Source: Dipteris shenzhenensis (Eukaryota). Taken from it: DNA of 64,000 bases. The notes under the pieces were generated by a model. It had not been told where the DNA came from and did not search any database. It worked only from the letters and a program-made list of their open reading frames with translations. The translations under genes were made by a program, and so were the position numbers. Location of the stretch: assembly GCA_047967505.1 (NCBI GenBank), contig CM106538.1; one strand, 5' to 3'. Positions 1 to 13,400 of the stretch are shown here, piece by piece (position 1 is the stretch's first letter; the number at the start of each line of letters is the position of its first letter).

Positions 1-150
1 ATTGATGCAACACTTGCAAAAGCTAGGATGGCTTATTCTAAGTCTCAAAGAATAAATGATAGCATTGGAGATGAGGAACATAGCCTAAAGTAGAAGTTAC
101 ATGCATCTTATTCTCAATTTGAGAATTGCCATATAATGGTATTTTTGATA

Positions 151-956
151 GAAAACGAGATTATAAAGGGAGATAAGCTTGATGAGGGAGAATATGGGAA
201 TGCTTATAAAGTCAAAATCACAGGAAATCCATGGCTTATGGATTTTGCTTGGTATGTAAGAAAACAATTCAAGGGTCAACCAACAATTCAAGACTCAAGC
301 TATTGAAGGAAGATGAGAACAATCGATGCAAATTATGCACCCTACTCTTGTCCATGTGATTGCAGCCACTAGTGTAAGACCTTTTTGAAACATTACCATT
401 GTTTAATGGAGTAAACTTACACCAATTCATGCTTAAATTTCCATTCAACAAGGGGAGCTACACCAGATACATTCATAGAAAAGGAATTGAAAAAAGAAAG
501 TTTGAAAGGTCTCAAGGGAAGCTTCCTAAACTGTAGATCGCATCAAAGGACCTTGAAAAAATTTGCAATTTTGGTAAGGCTTTACCAAGATGCTTGCATG
601 CCCTTGTATAGGGAATGCATGCACTACATGATGGACAATGGATGCATACTGATTTGCATACAAGCAACATCATCCTTGACTTCACTTCTAGTGGGGACTC
701 TAGAATAAGCATCATAGACTAGGGAAGCACACTTGATGTCACAGAGGATAGAGTGGCATTTGATGTAATGAGAAAGAATGAAAAAGAGAGTGATGAAACT
801 TTCCAAGCTCGAGTTGCAGTAGAAGTACAAAGGAGATGTGCAATGAAGTGGATAACACCAAAATTACATAATCCATTGAGAAGTGTACACTATTCTCGAG
901 CAACGGATGTCTATGCATTAGGTTGGATTCTAAAAGATCACGTGTCTCTTTTATGA
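151..956 (+). pseudogene. Degenerate protein kinase domain
   Basis: Hand translation across frameshifts and stops gives kinase motifs in order: EGEYGNAYKV (Gly loop, ~184), HPTLVHV (~338), WMHTDLHTSNIILD (catalytic loop, ~639), IID*G (DWG with a stop, ~711) and ATDVYALGWIL (~900). Confidence 0.75.
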
Positions 957-1023
957 GAATTCTAGATACCTTCTTGAGAAGGTGTCTAGAATTCCAGATA
1001 TCCAAGTATAAAGAAGGTCAAAG

Positions 1024-1756
1024 AATGGATTATAGACAATGTGATGAATGTCCACGTGTTCATTACTGTTTAGAACAAGTGGACAACTTCTTTATAGGTC
1101 TTGGTTTCAAATGGTTTCTTGCCATGTGTCCTCGACATGAAATGGATCTTGCAATGGTTTTGGGAGAAAATACACTCTTGGAAGTCCAAAGAGCAAGCTA
1201 TAAGACCTTGCAAGAAGATCATGATAGATGTTTTCACGAGCTTGCCATGGCTTTTGACAGTTATGAAAAGCAGTCGGTTGTCTTGAGAGATTTCCAAACT
1301 AGAGTGGAAGTCTTGGAAATGGCCCATGAAGATGTTTTTCAGCAATTTACATAGCTACAACAGATGCTGAGGGACTCAGATGAAGTTGTTGCATAGAGTG
1401 AGCAAAAAGTGGAGGAGATGAAGGAGAACATCCACAGCCTTAGGATGAGGGAAGAAGGAATCAATAAGAAACTTCGTCATGTACAGAGCAAGACTATGGT
1501 ATTGATGGCTACAATAGTTAAATCATATGCCTATCATGTTATGTAGCAGGGTCTAAAATGCATGGTCTGCCATACCCCCATCATAGATGACTATTGTAAC
1601 CAATGGCCTGCGTGCCATCGCCCTATGTATATTTTTTTCTTTGGAGTGTTTGAGCATACAAAATCGCTATATGTAGAGAATGCCATTTGCCATTGCCCAG
1701 GTCATGGACAGATCAAATGTGCCTACTTGCTACAACTATCTAGGATGAGAAAGTAG
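1024..1756 (+). pseudogene. Coiled-coil-like stretch followed by a Cys/His-rich, possibly RING-like, remnant downstream of the kinase
   Basis: ORF 923..1354 is rich in E/Q/L/K and continues through stops. It is followed by KCMVCH...CNQWPACH...CHCPGH (1555-1710). Confidence 0.3.
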
Positions 1757-2167
1757 ATGCTATAGCTCAATTTGCCATTTGGGCAAAAGATCTTAAATAC
1801 AAGGTGCTCAAATTGAAGAAGGCCAAGACCTAGCCTAATTGTGAGGAAAAGGAGCCTGAAGGGAGGAGCCAACCCCCTTCAGGAAAGGCGTAAGAAGGGC
1901 CGAGCTTGCAACCAGGAAGCTCAAATCCAGGAAAGAGGAAGCAGCATGAAGGGAGGGGCTGGGGCCCCTACAGGAAGGAACCAGGCCCATTCTGGAAAGG
2001 CGCAAGGAGGGCCGAGCTTGCAATCAGGGAGCTAGTCTTTGAGATTGTAATCTATGTAATCTATGTGTAAACTATTGAATTGTTAATCTTCTCTAGAGTT
2101 TACTTGGGCAATGTTGCCTCAGCTATGTGACTAGATAGTGTCCTTTAATCCACACCAACATGGTGAT

Positions 2168-2310
2168 AATAATGAGATGAAAGATTTTGATTTGACAAGT
2201 AATGTGAGAAGAAAGATTTTGATTAGATCACTAATGTGAGACTGAAAGTTTTTGATTAGTGAAATAATGTGAGATGAAAGATTTTAATCAGACAACTAAC
2301 ATGAGACTGA
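2168..2310. repeat. Degenerate ~31-33 bp tandem repeat, about 5 units
   Basis: Recurring unit core aatgtgaga-tgaaagattttgatt. Confidence 0.7.
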
Positions 2311-2772
2311 AGAATGAGAAGGCCGGGCTTAATGAACTCTCTCCCTATTTAAGTGTAGTGCAAACACAACTAAGAGCCTATAATGAAATCTAGCCCCAAA
2401 ACTCTATACACTGATCTACCTACAATGAATATATGGCATACCCAAATAACTTTGGAATGTTGTTGTTCTATCTGAAAACGACGTTGGATGGCATCCTTGC
2501 AAAAACAGACTTGGAGACGAGGAAAATAGCTACAAGGAGAACATGCTTTGATGGTGGGTGTATTACTTGGAGTCGGCACAGATGGTGAATATTAACTTTC
2601 CTGGCTATTGTTTTTCCTACTCCTTTAAGGTACTTGTCAAGATCATGATGTAGGTTTCTTTTGGCAGGACATGATAGAGGCGCGAAGATGTATGGAGCAT
2701 AAAGATTGGGATGAAGAGGACCCCCAATGAAAGGAAGAGTTGCTATGGGTGTATAATCGGCAGCAAGCACTA

Positions 2773-3116
2773 TGTAATCCAAGTGTGTGAAGAGGTCTGC
2801 CATTGTGCAGCAGACAGGCCTAGGAGATGCTTGCCATAAAGAGGCTGTTAAGATAGTTGGGACTCTGGAATTTCCTTGAAAAATCAAAATGTCATTGTGT
2901 TTTGAAATAATAAATACCTTGCAAACATTTTTGTACTTGTGGATATTCTCATGGTGCTCGCAATACCTGATTTTGCATCGACCTACTTCCATGTTAGTAC
3001 TTAAATGTTTTAAGTGGCCCGGTGGTTGAAATCTAACAGCTACCGATAACCAGTCCAAAGGGCACTATCACTGTGCAACAAATTTTAGGATAGCATGGCA
3101 ATAGTGTAGGGATAGC
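2773..3116. repeat. ~345-bp diverged direct repeat, copy 1 (copy 2 at 7870-8225)
   Basis: tgtaatccaagtgtgtgaagaggtctgccattgtg...aaattttaggatagca is shared with 7870-8225. Confidence 0.85.
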
Positions 3117-6100
3117 TGCAAGAAAATAATACAACATTTGTGCTCAACAGATAATAGGATCTCGTATGCAAGAGAGAAAACAATAGTATGGAGAATCAAA
3201 AATTTGATTACTGTAGTACTGATACAATAGATGGCGCTGTCTCCCAACCGTGCGCTCCTGTGAAAGAAGCTTCGATGGCATGCTAGAAGCAGTAGAAGAC
3301 AGAGGCTGGATGCTAAGGAATCAGGGTTGCTGTAGCCAGTGATGAAATGGGATTCACGGGCTTGCTCTTATATAGCCACCAGTCGTAGTCGGTTAGGCTC
3401 AATTGGGTGACCGACCCAGTCCGCCCAAAACGGTCGACTGGGGATCGATCCCAAAATAGGTCACCGACCATACGATAGAACCAATGCACAAAACAAAGCC
3501 ATCCGAGATCATTTGAGGCTCCAAACGAACCCCGCAACCTAAGAGTGGGCTACCTCGAGAAATGCTCCGTCTATCGTCAGTGCGATCAGTCAAGGGACGC
3601 CTTCTTGCACTTGCATGTAGCCTAGTTGGTGGTGTGCCAACTCTATCTAAAGCTATCCAGCTATTAGGCCACACATGGCCCCCATCTGGTGTCCCCAAAC
3701 TAGGACCTACCGGATAACCGAGCTACTCAAATGTCTTCTCCTCATATGGGGGGCTTACAAGTAGAGTTAGCTGGTTCTGTCGTAGTTACATGAGAGTGGA
3801 GCATTGATATCTAATAACACCCCTCAATGTCCACCCACAAGTGAACTTACTTCTTCGGCCCACAATGCCAAGTCGATAAAGATGCCACTCTAGCAAGTCT
3901 CTTCCAAGAGCCTTTGTGAAGATGTCCACAGCATTCTCTATAGTCGGACAGTACACCAAGTCGACCTCTCCATCATGATGAGCTCGCGTACAAAGTGATA
4001 TTGAATCTCAATGTGTTTTGTGCGAGCGTGGAACGCCGGGTTCTTTGCAATCGCCATGCAACTCTGATTGTCACATGATAACTGCATATAGGCTTGTTTT
4101 GCACTGCACCCATGTCCCCCAAAATCCTCCTCAACCACACTGCCTCGCAAGAAGCAAAGCATGCAGATTTGTACTCGGCCTGGGTAGAAGAAAGAGCAAC
4201 TGTGGGTTGCTTCTTGCTAACCCATGACACAACTCCAGATCCAAGTGAGAAACAGTACCCTGTCACTGATCTCCTACTGTTCACGTCTCCTGCCCAATTC
4301 GAGTCACAGAATCCGATCAAGATGTTGCCCTTGGTATAGGTGATGCCATAATCAAGTGTGCCTTTGATGTGTTTCAGCATCCGCATCCCTGCCCTCCAAT
4401 GGTTCTCTCGGGGCTTATTGGAAAACTTGCTTAGTACACCAGTCGCAAAACTGATGTCGGGCCGTGTGTTGCATAGGTAAATCAAGCTGCCCACAAGCAT
4501 TATGTACTTTGCCTCATCCACCAGTGGTGATGAATCCTCGTTTGAGATCTTCGCGTCAACCTCCATAGGGGTACCAACTGTCTTGCACTCAACCATGCCA
4601 AATGCCTTCAACATACTTCAGCTATGAAATGAAGATCTGTTTTGGCTCCTGCCAAACTTCAATCCCCAAACGGAAATGCATCAGTTTGAGGTCTATCATT
4701 TCAAACTCTCTTCCTAGAAAATGCTTCGTCTGGGAGATCTTCTCTTCATGGTTCCCTATTATGACAAGGTCATCCACATAAAGGACCATGATCATACACC
4801 TGCCTCCTTCTCTGAAGATATACAAATTTGCATCAGATGGGCTCCTCCTGAACATGTTTTATAGAAAGTAGGCATCAATTCACTAGTATCACACTCGTGG
4901 GGCCTGTTTCAGCCTGTAAAGTGCCTTCTTCAGTTTGCAGACTTTACCTTCTAAACCGGGGATCTCAAAACCTGGTGGTTGTTCCACATATACCTCCTCC
5001 TTGAGATCTCCATCCAGAAAGGTAGATTTCACATCCATCTGAAACACGGGCCAACTTCCCTAGGCAGCTAAAGCCAATACGCTGCAAATTGTGGTAAATT
5101 GAGCTGTGGGAGAAAAAGTATCTTGATAATCAAGACACTTGGATTCATCAGCACGGATCACTTTTGTCATCAAAGCATAGTTGACCAAGTGTTCCTGCGC
5201 CCTTCTTTGCTCCTCTAATCTCTTGGACCGGCATTGTTTGGATGGTTCCTCCTCAATGGCTGGAGGTTCTCTGCCATCCAAAAGCTGCTTTACCCACTTC
5301 AGGAATGGCCATTGCCGTTGTGGTTTTGAAGGCTCTTCTTCATCTTCTTTGTCTTGAATCCTCCCAAGAACCATTGGGGGAGTTCCGTCTGCTATTGGTG
5401 GTGGTACTAGATGGATATCCTAGTCCTGGTTGTCTGGGAAGGAAGCATCCTCCTCCAATTGATGTAGTTGTTCTGAGAAGACCACATCGCGACTTACAAT
5501 TACCTTCTTGGTAATAGGGTTATAGAGATGGTAACCCTTCGCCTCTTCATTGTAGCCCAAGAAAATACACTTTTGGCTCTTCGGTTCCCATTTGCTCCTG
5601 GTAGCATTAGTGACATGCACAAAACAATCACATCCAAAAACTCTGAAATGTGCAGCTGAAGGTTTCTTACTAGAAAAGGCTTGCAGTGGAGTCATCCCAT
5701 TCATAGCCTTCGTGTAGCTATGATTAGGATGTAAACTACAGTGTTATATGCTTCATCCCAAAAAGTCTTTGGCAAATCTTTCCCTTTTATCATACTTTAG
5801 CCCATTTCATAGATGACGTGCATCTTGCATTCTGCTACTCCATTTTGGTGTGATGTATGTGGTGGGGGTTTCTGACTCTTGATTCCGTGACTTTTGTAGT
5901 AACTTTTGAATTCAGTTGATGTGAACTCTCCACCTTTGTCTGATCTCAACTTCTACACCTTCCTCCCCGTTTCTTTCTCCACCATTACATGCCATTCCTT
6001 GAACCTACTAAAAGCCTCATCTTTAGTCTTCAAGAAGTATATCCATACCCTTCTACTGTAGTCATCGATCAGCATCATGAAGTAGTAGGAACCACCCAAA

Positions 6101-7784
6101 GCTTTCGTCTCCATATTTCTGCAAAGGTCCGTGTGAACGAGCTCTAGAGGAGCCTTTGCCCTGCTGGCCTCTTTAGGAAAGGGATGCCGATGCTACTTGC
6201 CCATCATGCAAGCTTCACATACGTCGGGTAGATCTAAAATTTTTGGTGATCTGCAATCATTCCACTTTTATGCATCTCCTTCAAAGAACTAAGGTTTAGA
6301 TGACCAAACCTCTCATGCCACAGCTTAGTGTTCTTCACATCCGCTCGAGCACTGAAACTTGAGAGTTCGTAAATGTTGTTGCGTTGTGTACCCTTACCAA
6401 TGACCTTTCCTTTAAGATCCAGGATCTATGCACCATTCTTATCGAATTGAACTTTGAGGTCTTGATTTGTGATCGTGGAAATTGACAACAAGTTCCTCTT
6501 GATATCTAGCACATAAAGAACATCTAAAAACTGTTTTACAACTCCATCTGGCTTGAGAGCAATCGTACCTTTTCCTTTGCTGGATATTTTGCATCATTGC
6601 CAACTGCTATAGTTGAGTCTCGAGATTCTAAATCCGTGTCTGATTCGTGGTCTCATATTGATTTTTCAAGACCGTCCATGCCTCCTTTGCTGTGGTGACA
6701 TGTTGAATTAACGCCATGATGGAATCACTAACACTGCAGACAATAGAACACAACGCATCTACATTTCTTCTTATCCACGTGAGAATCTCATCCGCAGTTG
6801 GTACTATGTGTTGTCTTGCATTGGTTGGGATCCAATCTTGCAACCAGCCTCACGTCCACCCCAGTAGCAGTGTCCCAAAGCTCGTATGTGCTTAGGATGG
6901 TCTTCATCTTGAACTTCCAAAGTGGATAGTTAGAGTCGTCCAACTTTTCGCTTTTGCTGAACGGTGGGATTCACAGTCTTGCAGGCTAGGCCATCTCTCA
7001 CAATTTGCTCACAAATAGAAACACACTACCAAATATTCTTGCTAGAGTCGAGTTCTGATACCATGTAAGAAAATAATACAACGTCTGTGCTCAACAGATA
7101 ACAGGATCTCATACGCAAGAGAGAAAACAAGATAGTATGGAGAATCAAAAATTTGATTACTGTAGAACTGATACAATAGATGGTGCTGCATCCCAACCGT
7201 GCACTCTTGTGAAAGAAGCTTCAATGGCATGCTAGAAATAGTACAAGACGGAGGCTAGATGCTAAGGAATCAGGGTTGCTGTAGCCAGTGATGAAATGGG
7301 CTTCACAGGCTTGCTCTTATATAGCCACCAGTCGTAGTCAGTTAGGCTCAATTGGGTGACCGCCCAGTCTGCCCAAAACGGTCGACTGAGGGTCGGTCCT
7401 AAAATAGGCCACCAACCATACGATAGAGCTGGTGCGCAAAACAAAGCAACTGACCTATGATCACCGTTCGGCCCAGAACCATTCGGGATCATCTGAGGCT
7501 CCAAACGGGCCCCAAAACTTGAGAGTGGGCTGCCCCGGGAAATGCTCCATCTACCCTCAATGTGGTCAGTCAAGGGATGCCTTCTTGCACTTACATGTAG
7601 CCTAGTTGGTGGTGTACCAACTCTATCTAAAGCCGTCCAGCCATCAGGCCACACATGGCCCCCATCTGGTGTCCAAACTAGGACCTACCGGATAACCGAG
7701 CTACTCAAGCCTTCTCCTCATATGGGGGGCTTACAACTAAAGTTAGCTGGTTCTCACACGAGAGTGGAGCATTGATATCTAACA
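3117..7784 (-). mobile_element. Ty1/copia LTR retrotransposon A; both LTRs present, internally deleted and decayed
   Basis: LTRs 3117-3816 and 7064-7784. TSD ATAGC at 3112-3116 and 7785-7789. tRNA-iMet PBS TGGTATCAGA at 7063-7054. PPT next to 3817. Domain order gag-PR-INT-RT(YVDDL)-RNaseH on the minus strand, with stops and frameshifts. Confidence 0.95.
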
Positions 7785-7869
7785 ATAGCATGGTAGTAGT
7801 GCAGGATTATCACAGATTAGTGGAGGAGTTACTATCGACATATAAGTTGCCAGAGTTAAGCAAGGAGTG

Positions 7870-8225
7870 TGTAATCCAAGTGTGTGAAGAGGTCTGCCAT
7901 TGTGTAGCAGATAGGTCTCAAGAGCTAGGAGATGCTTGCCATAGAGATGCTGATAAGATAGTTGGGAGTTTGGAATTTCCTTGAAAAAGCAAAATGTCGT
8001 GTTTTGAAATAATAAAAATATTGCAGACATTTCTTGAACCATTGGATATTGTCATGGTGCTCGTAGTACCTAATTTTGTATTGACTTGCTTCCATGTTAG
8101 TACTTAAATGTTTTAAGTAGCCCGGTGGCTGAAATCTGATGGTTAACAATAACCAATCTAAAGGGCACTAGCACTGTGTAACAAATTTTAGGATAGCACA
8201 GCAATAGTATAGGGATAGTGCAAGA
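7870..8225. repeat. ~345-bp diverged direct repeat, copy 2
   Basis: Aligns with 2773-3116. Confidence 0.85.
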
Positions 8226-8395
8226 TAAGTTATCTCCAGCATGGTGGTTGGTTGCACTAGGATATGAATAGCCACCAGCATGGTGGTTTGCTTCTATTAT
8301 TACAAGATGAATGGTTTGTAGGATGTGTGGATTCATTATGGGAAATTAGCACGGTGGTTGTTGGGATATACTAAAAGCAAGCATGGGATGAAATC

Positions 8396-8642
8396 CACGG
8401 GGGGCTCACTCATCATATGTAACCCTATCACGTGAGTTCAACAGAAGGAATTTTTTTATTTCTAAAATTTACAAAAATAAATATACATAAGGGACTATTT
8501 TAAATAGTATTGGAAAAAATTTACAGATTTGTATAGAAAAGGGGTACATTTTATTAATGAAATTCTTTACAGATAAGGGATTTTAAATATAGGCCTTGAA
8601 CGCACGTGATATAGAGAGTTTATACATAGTGACCCCCCCGAG
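8396..8642. mobile_element. MITE, probably hAT-derived (247 bp)
   Basis: Imperfect TIRs cacggggggctcac / gtgacccccccgag, extended by tatcacgtg.gttcaa. Perfect 8-bp TSD ATGAAATC at 8388-8395 and 8643-8650. AT-rich non-coding interior. Confidence 0.85.
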
Positions 8643-9017
8643 ATGAAATCTAACAGTTAACGAAACGATAAACAATCCAAAGGGAGCTATTTTCCTTATG
8701 GGAAACCAGCGTGGTGGTTGTTGGGATATACTAAAAACAAGCATGGGTTTTACCGTTTGGGATTTACAAAAACAATTTAATAAAACCAACATGGTAGTTG
8801 TTTGGGATATACTAAAAAGAAGTAGTCTCAAATACAAATTCCATTTTGTAGGACAAGTGGACATATTGTTTTCTTGTAATGAGACTACATACATTTTCTT
8901 AGTACTATCTCAGTCGTCCTTGTCCACTACTCCAAGACACCCCAAGATGCACTCATGTGTGTCTAAATCCAATTTGAAGACACTCTTGCCCTTCTTTCAT
9001 TGTGGCATAGGTTCCAT

Positions 9018-10452
9018 CTAGAACTTAATAGCTCTTACTGGATGAGAGTACACACATGTTTGTTGACTCTTATGTAGCAGCTCGTAATGGTGGTCTCTCT
9101 TGGATGCTTTTTTGTACGAAAAAGCTCTGACTACTACATTCCACTTCTCATAGGTTGTTCCCCAATTATCCTTAAATGTTTCCTTAACCTTGTACTTATG
9201 TTTTGTGCACTGCAACAGGAAGTATGGGTCATCTTCCTCGTTCACCCTAGAATCTGTGACAACTGCAAAGTTATCCCCCTCTTCCAAACAGTCAGTGAGG
9301 TCATCGAAACTCTCCCCAAACTGTGGTGAGTCGCTTGTCTTCCCATTTTTTGCCACTCCATCTGAACGTAGAGGGAAAACTTGAACTTGCTCCCATGTCT
9401 TCACAGTTGCAATGTTCTCACAATCGTGATGATCCTCTGTGATGCACATACTACATCAATTGGTTGTTTGAAAAGCCCCATATGTTGTGTAGACCACGAA
9501 CTCCTTTAATTTTCTCGCAATCGTGCTGGCTTATCCTTTGCATTTCATCCACTTTCACTTTATGGAACACTCTGCATACTACAATATTATTATGGCTTTG
9601 TTTACTATATGTTGAATGCACGTCTGTGGAGAGGTTGGGTGTACACCATGTTATAGCATCATGGGCATCATTAAGTTTTTCTTGAGGGCATGCTAATTGG
9701 TGTTTAAATATATATTTTTTAATTATAGCATGGCATCCATCATGTTCAGCCTTGCCATGGCTAGACCTAAAGAAATTCCACATCATGTCTAGAGTTAGAG
9801 ATTTGAACCTTACCAATGAAGTAGAATCCACATGCTGATTTAAATTGAGAGGTAGCACCATTTGACCACACCCAATGTTGTTTTATATTTTTTGCATGGG
9901 GATTTTCCTTTTTCAGCCATTACCAATGTAGTAGAAAAGCATGCTACACAAATAGGGTGTCATGTCCCCTATCATCTGAAATGTAGAAATGGTACATGTG
10001 TTGCACTGACCTGGACTCTTGTGAGTCAGCAAGTAGATTGGCATCAAGCGAGGAAGAATCTAGCAAATGATTGTATGTGATATGCACAAGGATTGTTATC
10101 TTCTTGTTGTACCATTAAGCACTTTGTATCTCATCTTGTTCTTAAAAAGAATAATTTTTTGCAAAATCTATGACAGATATAATAGTGTCACGAGGAAAAT
10201 TGGCAAGGCACATCCTAAACTGCTTATCCTACTAGCTGACCGCATGAAATTGTGATGCACATATTTTGGGATGGATTGAACCACATGACCTACAAGCTCC
10301 CTCGAGTGGGTGCTCTTATATATGATAGTAGCCATCTCTTTTTACCGAATCCTTCAAGATTGACATTTTCAAATCTCCTCCATTTTAGAGCAACGTGATT
10401 GTGTTCCCTCATTTCATTTGGATAGACATTGAATGTCTTCTTCTTCAGTTTC
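9018..10452 (-). pseudogene. DDD/E transposase, catalytic half, Sola2-like
   Basis: Minus-strand motifs in order: VIDFAKNYSF, QDEIQSA*W, HFYISDDRGHD, WSNGATSQFKS, WNFFRSSHGKAEHDG. I recall this motif series from Sola2-type transposases. Confidence 0.7.
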
Positions 10453-10483
10453 TGCCTACCGTGTGTCTCTCTCATGGAGTTTC

Positions 10484-13400
10484 TGTAAGAAAATAATACA
10501 TCTGTGCTTAACAGATAATAGGATCTTGTATGCAAGAGAGAAAACAGAGAGTATGGAGAATCAAAGATTTGATTACTGTAAAACTAATACAATAGATGGC
10601 GCTGCCTCCCAGCCGTGCACTCCTATGAAAGAAGCTTCGATGGCAAGCTCGAAACAGTAGAATACGGAGGCTGGATGCTAAGGAATCAAGGTTGCTATAG
10701 CCAGTGATGAAATGGGCTTCATGAGCTTGCTCTTATATAGCCACTAGTTGTAGTCGGTTGGACCCAATTAGATGATCGACCTAGTCTGCCCAAAACAGTT
10801 GACTAGGGGTCGGTCTCGAAATAGGCCACTGATCACACGATAGAACTGTGGCATAAAATAGAGCAACTAACCTACGGTCACTGTTCGGCCCACAGCCATC
10901 TAGGATCATCTGGGACCCCAAATGGGCCCCGTAACCTAAGAGTGGGCTACCCCGAGAAATGCTCTGTCTACCCTCAGTGTAGTTAGTCATGAGAGGCCTT
11001 CTCGCACTCGCATGTAGCCTAGTTGGCAGTGTGCCAACTCTATCTGAAGTCATCCAACCATCAGGCCACACATGGCCCCCATCTGGTGTCCAAACCAAGA
11101 CCTACCAGATAACCAAGCTACTCAAATGCCTTCTCCTCATATGGGGGGCTTATAACTAGAGTTAGCTGGTTCCCGCATAGTTACATGAGAGTGGAACATT
11201 GATATCTAACACCCCCCCTCAATGTCCACCTGCAAGTGAACTTACTTTTTCGGTCCAATGCCAAGTAGATGAAGATGCTTCTCCAGCAAGTTTCTTCGAA
11301 GAGCCTTTCTCTATAGTCAGATAGTACACCAAGTCGACCTCTCTATCCATGATGAGCTCACGTACAAAGTGATATTGAATCTCATTGTGTTTTGTGTGAG
11401 CATGGAACACAGGGTTCTTTGCAATCGCCATGCGACTCTAATTGTCACATGATAACTGCAAGGCTTGTTCTGCACTACACCCATGTCCCCCAAAATCCTC
11501 CTCAATCATACTACTTCGCAAGAAGCAAAGCATGCAGATTTGTACTTAGCCTCGGTAGAAGAAAGAGCAACTATGGGTTGCTTCTTGCTGACCCATGACA
11601 ACTCTCCAGATCCAAGTGAGAAATAGTAACCTATCACTGACCTCCTACTATCCACGTCTCATGCCCAATCCGAGTCACAAAATCCGATCAAGATGTTGCC
11701 CTTGCTATAGGTGATGCCATAATCAAGTGTGCCTTTGATGTATCTCAGCACCTATATCCTTGCCCTCTAATGGTTCTCTCAGGGCTTATTAGAAAACTTG
11801 CTTAGTATACCAGTCACAAAACTGATGTCCGGCCGTGTGTTGCACAAGTAAATCAAGCTGCCCACAAGCCTTCTGTACTTCGCTTCATCCACCAGTGGTG
11901 ATGAATCCTCGTTTGAGAGCTTCGCATCAACCTCCATAGGGATACCAACTGTCTTGCACTTAGCCATGCCAAATCCTTCACATCTCTCCAGCATACTTTA
12001 GCTATGAAATGAAGATCTAGTTTTGGCTCTTGCCAAACTTCAATCCCCAAACAAAAATGCATCAGTCCGAGGTCTGTCATTTCAAACTCTCTTCCTAGCA
12101 AATGCTTTGTCTGCGAGATCTTCTCTTCATGGTTCCCTGTTATGACAAGGTCGTCCACATAAAGGACCACGATCATACACCTGCCTCCTTCTCTAAATAT
12201 ATACAAGTTTACATCAGATGGGCTCCTCTTGAACCCATTTTGTAGAAAGTAGGCATCAATCCGTTGGTACCGTGCTCGTGGGGCCTGTTTCAGCCCATAA
12301 ATTGCCTTCTTCAGTTTGCAGACTTTACCTTCTGAATCAGGAATCTCAAAATCTGGTGGTTGTTCCATGTATACCTCCTCCTTGAGATCTCCATTCAGAA
12401 AGGTGGATTTCACATCCATCTGAAACATAGGCCAACTTCCTTGGGCAGCTAAAGCCAAAACACTGCAAATTGTGATTAGTCGAGCTATGGGAGCAAAAGT
12501 ATCCTGATAATCAAAACCATGTACCTATGTGAATTTGCGATGAGCCGAGCCTTGTGCTTATCCAACGTGCCGTCGAACTTGTACTTGGTCTTGTACACCC
12601 ACTTGGTGCCAATTACCTTGCATTTTGGTGGTCGATCCACAAGGTCCGAAGTGTTGTTCTTCATTATGGAGCCATACTCTGACTACATAGCCTCCATCCA
12701 CTTATCATCACCATGTGCCTCTTCAAGACACTTGAGTTCTTCAGCACGGATCACCTCTGTCATCAATACATAGTTGTTCAAGTGTTCCCGCACCCTTCTT
12801 TGCTCCTCTAATCTCTTGGACCGGCAGTGTTCGGATGGTTCCTCCTCAATGGCTGGAGGTTCTCTACCATCCAAAAGCGGCTTTACCCACATCGGGAATG
12901 GCCATTGCTGTTGTGGTTCTACAGGCTCTTCTTCATCTTCTTTATCTTGATTGAATCCTCCCAAGAACCATTGGGGGAGTTCGGTTTGCTGTTGGTGGTT
13001 GTACTAGATGGATATCCTGGTCTTGGTTGTTGGGGAAGGAAGCTCCAATTGATGCGGCTATTCTGAGAAGACCACATCATGACTTACAATTACCTTCTTG
13101 GTAATAGGGTTATAGAGACGGTAACCCTTCGCCTCTTCACTGTAGCCCAAGAAAATACACTTTCGACTCTTCGGTTCCCATTTGGTCCTGGTAGCATCAG
13201 GGACATGCACAAAACAGTCACATCCAAAAACTCCAAAATGTGTAGCTGAAGGTTTCTTACCAGAAAAGGCATGCAGTAGAGTCATCCCGTTCACAAACTT
13301 CATGTAGCTACGATTGAGAATGTAAACTGTAGTGTTACATGCTTCAGCCTAGAAAGTCTTTGGCAAATCTTTCCCTTTCATCATACTCCGGCCCATTTCA

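Noticed and set aside
2468-3058. 196-aa ORF as a host gene
   Set aside because: It has a TTG start and no recognisable domain, and the duplicate copy does not keep the frame open.
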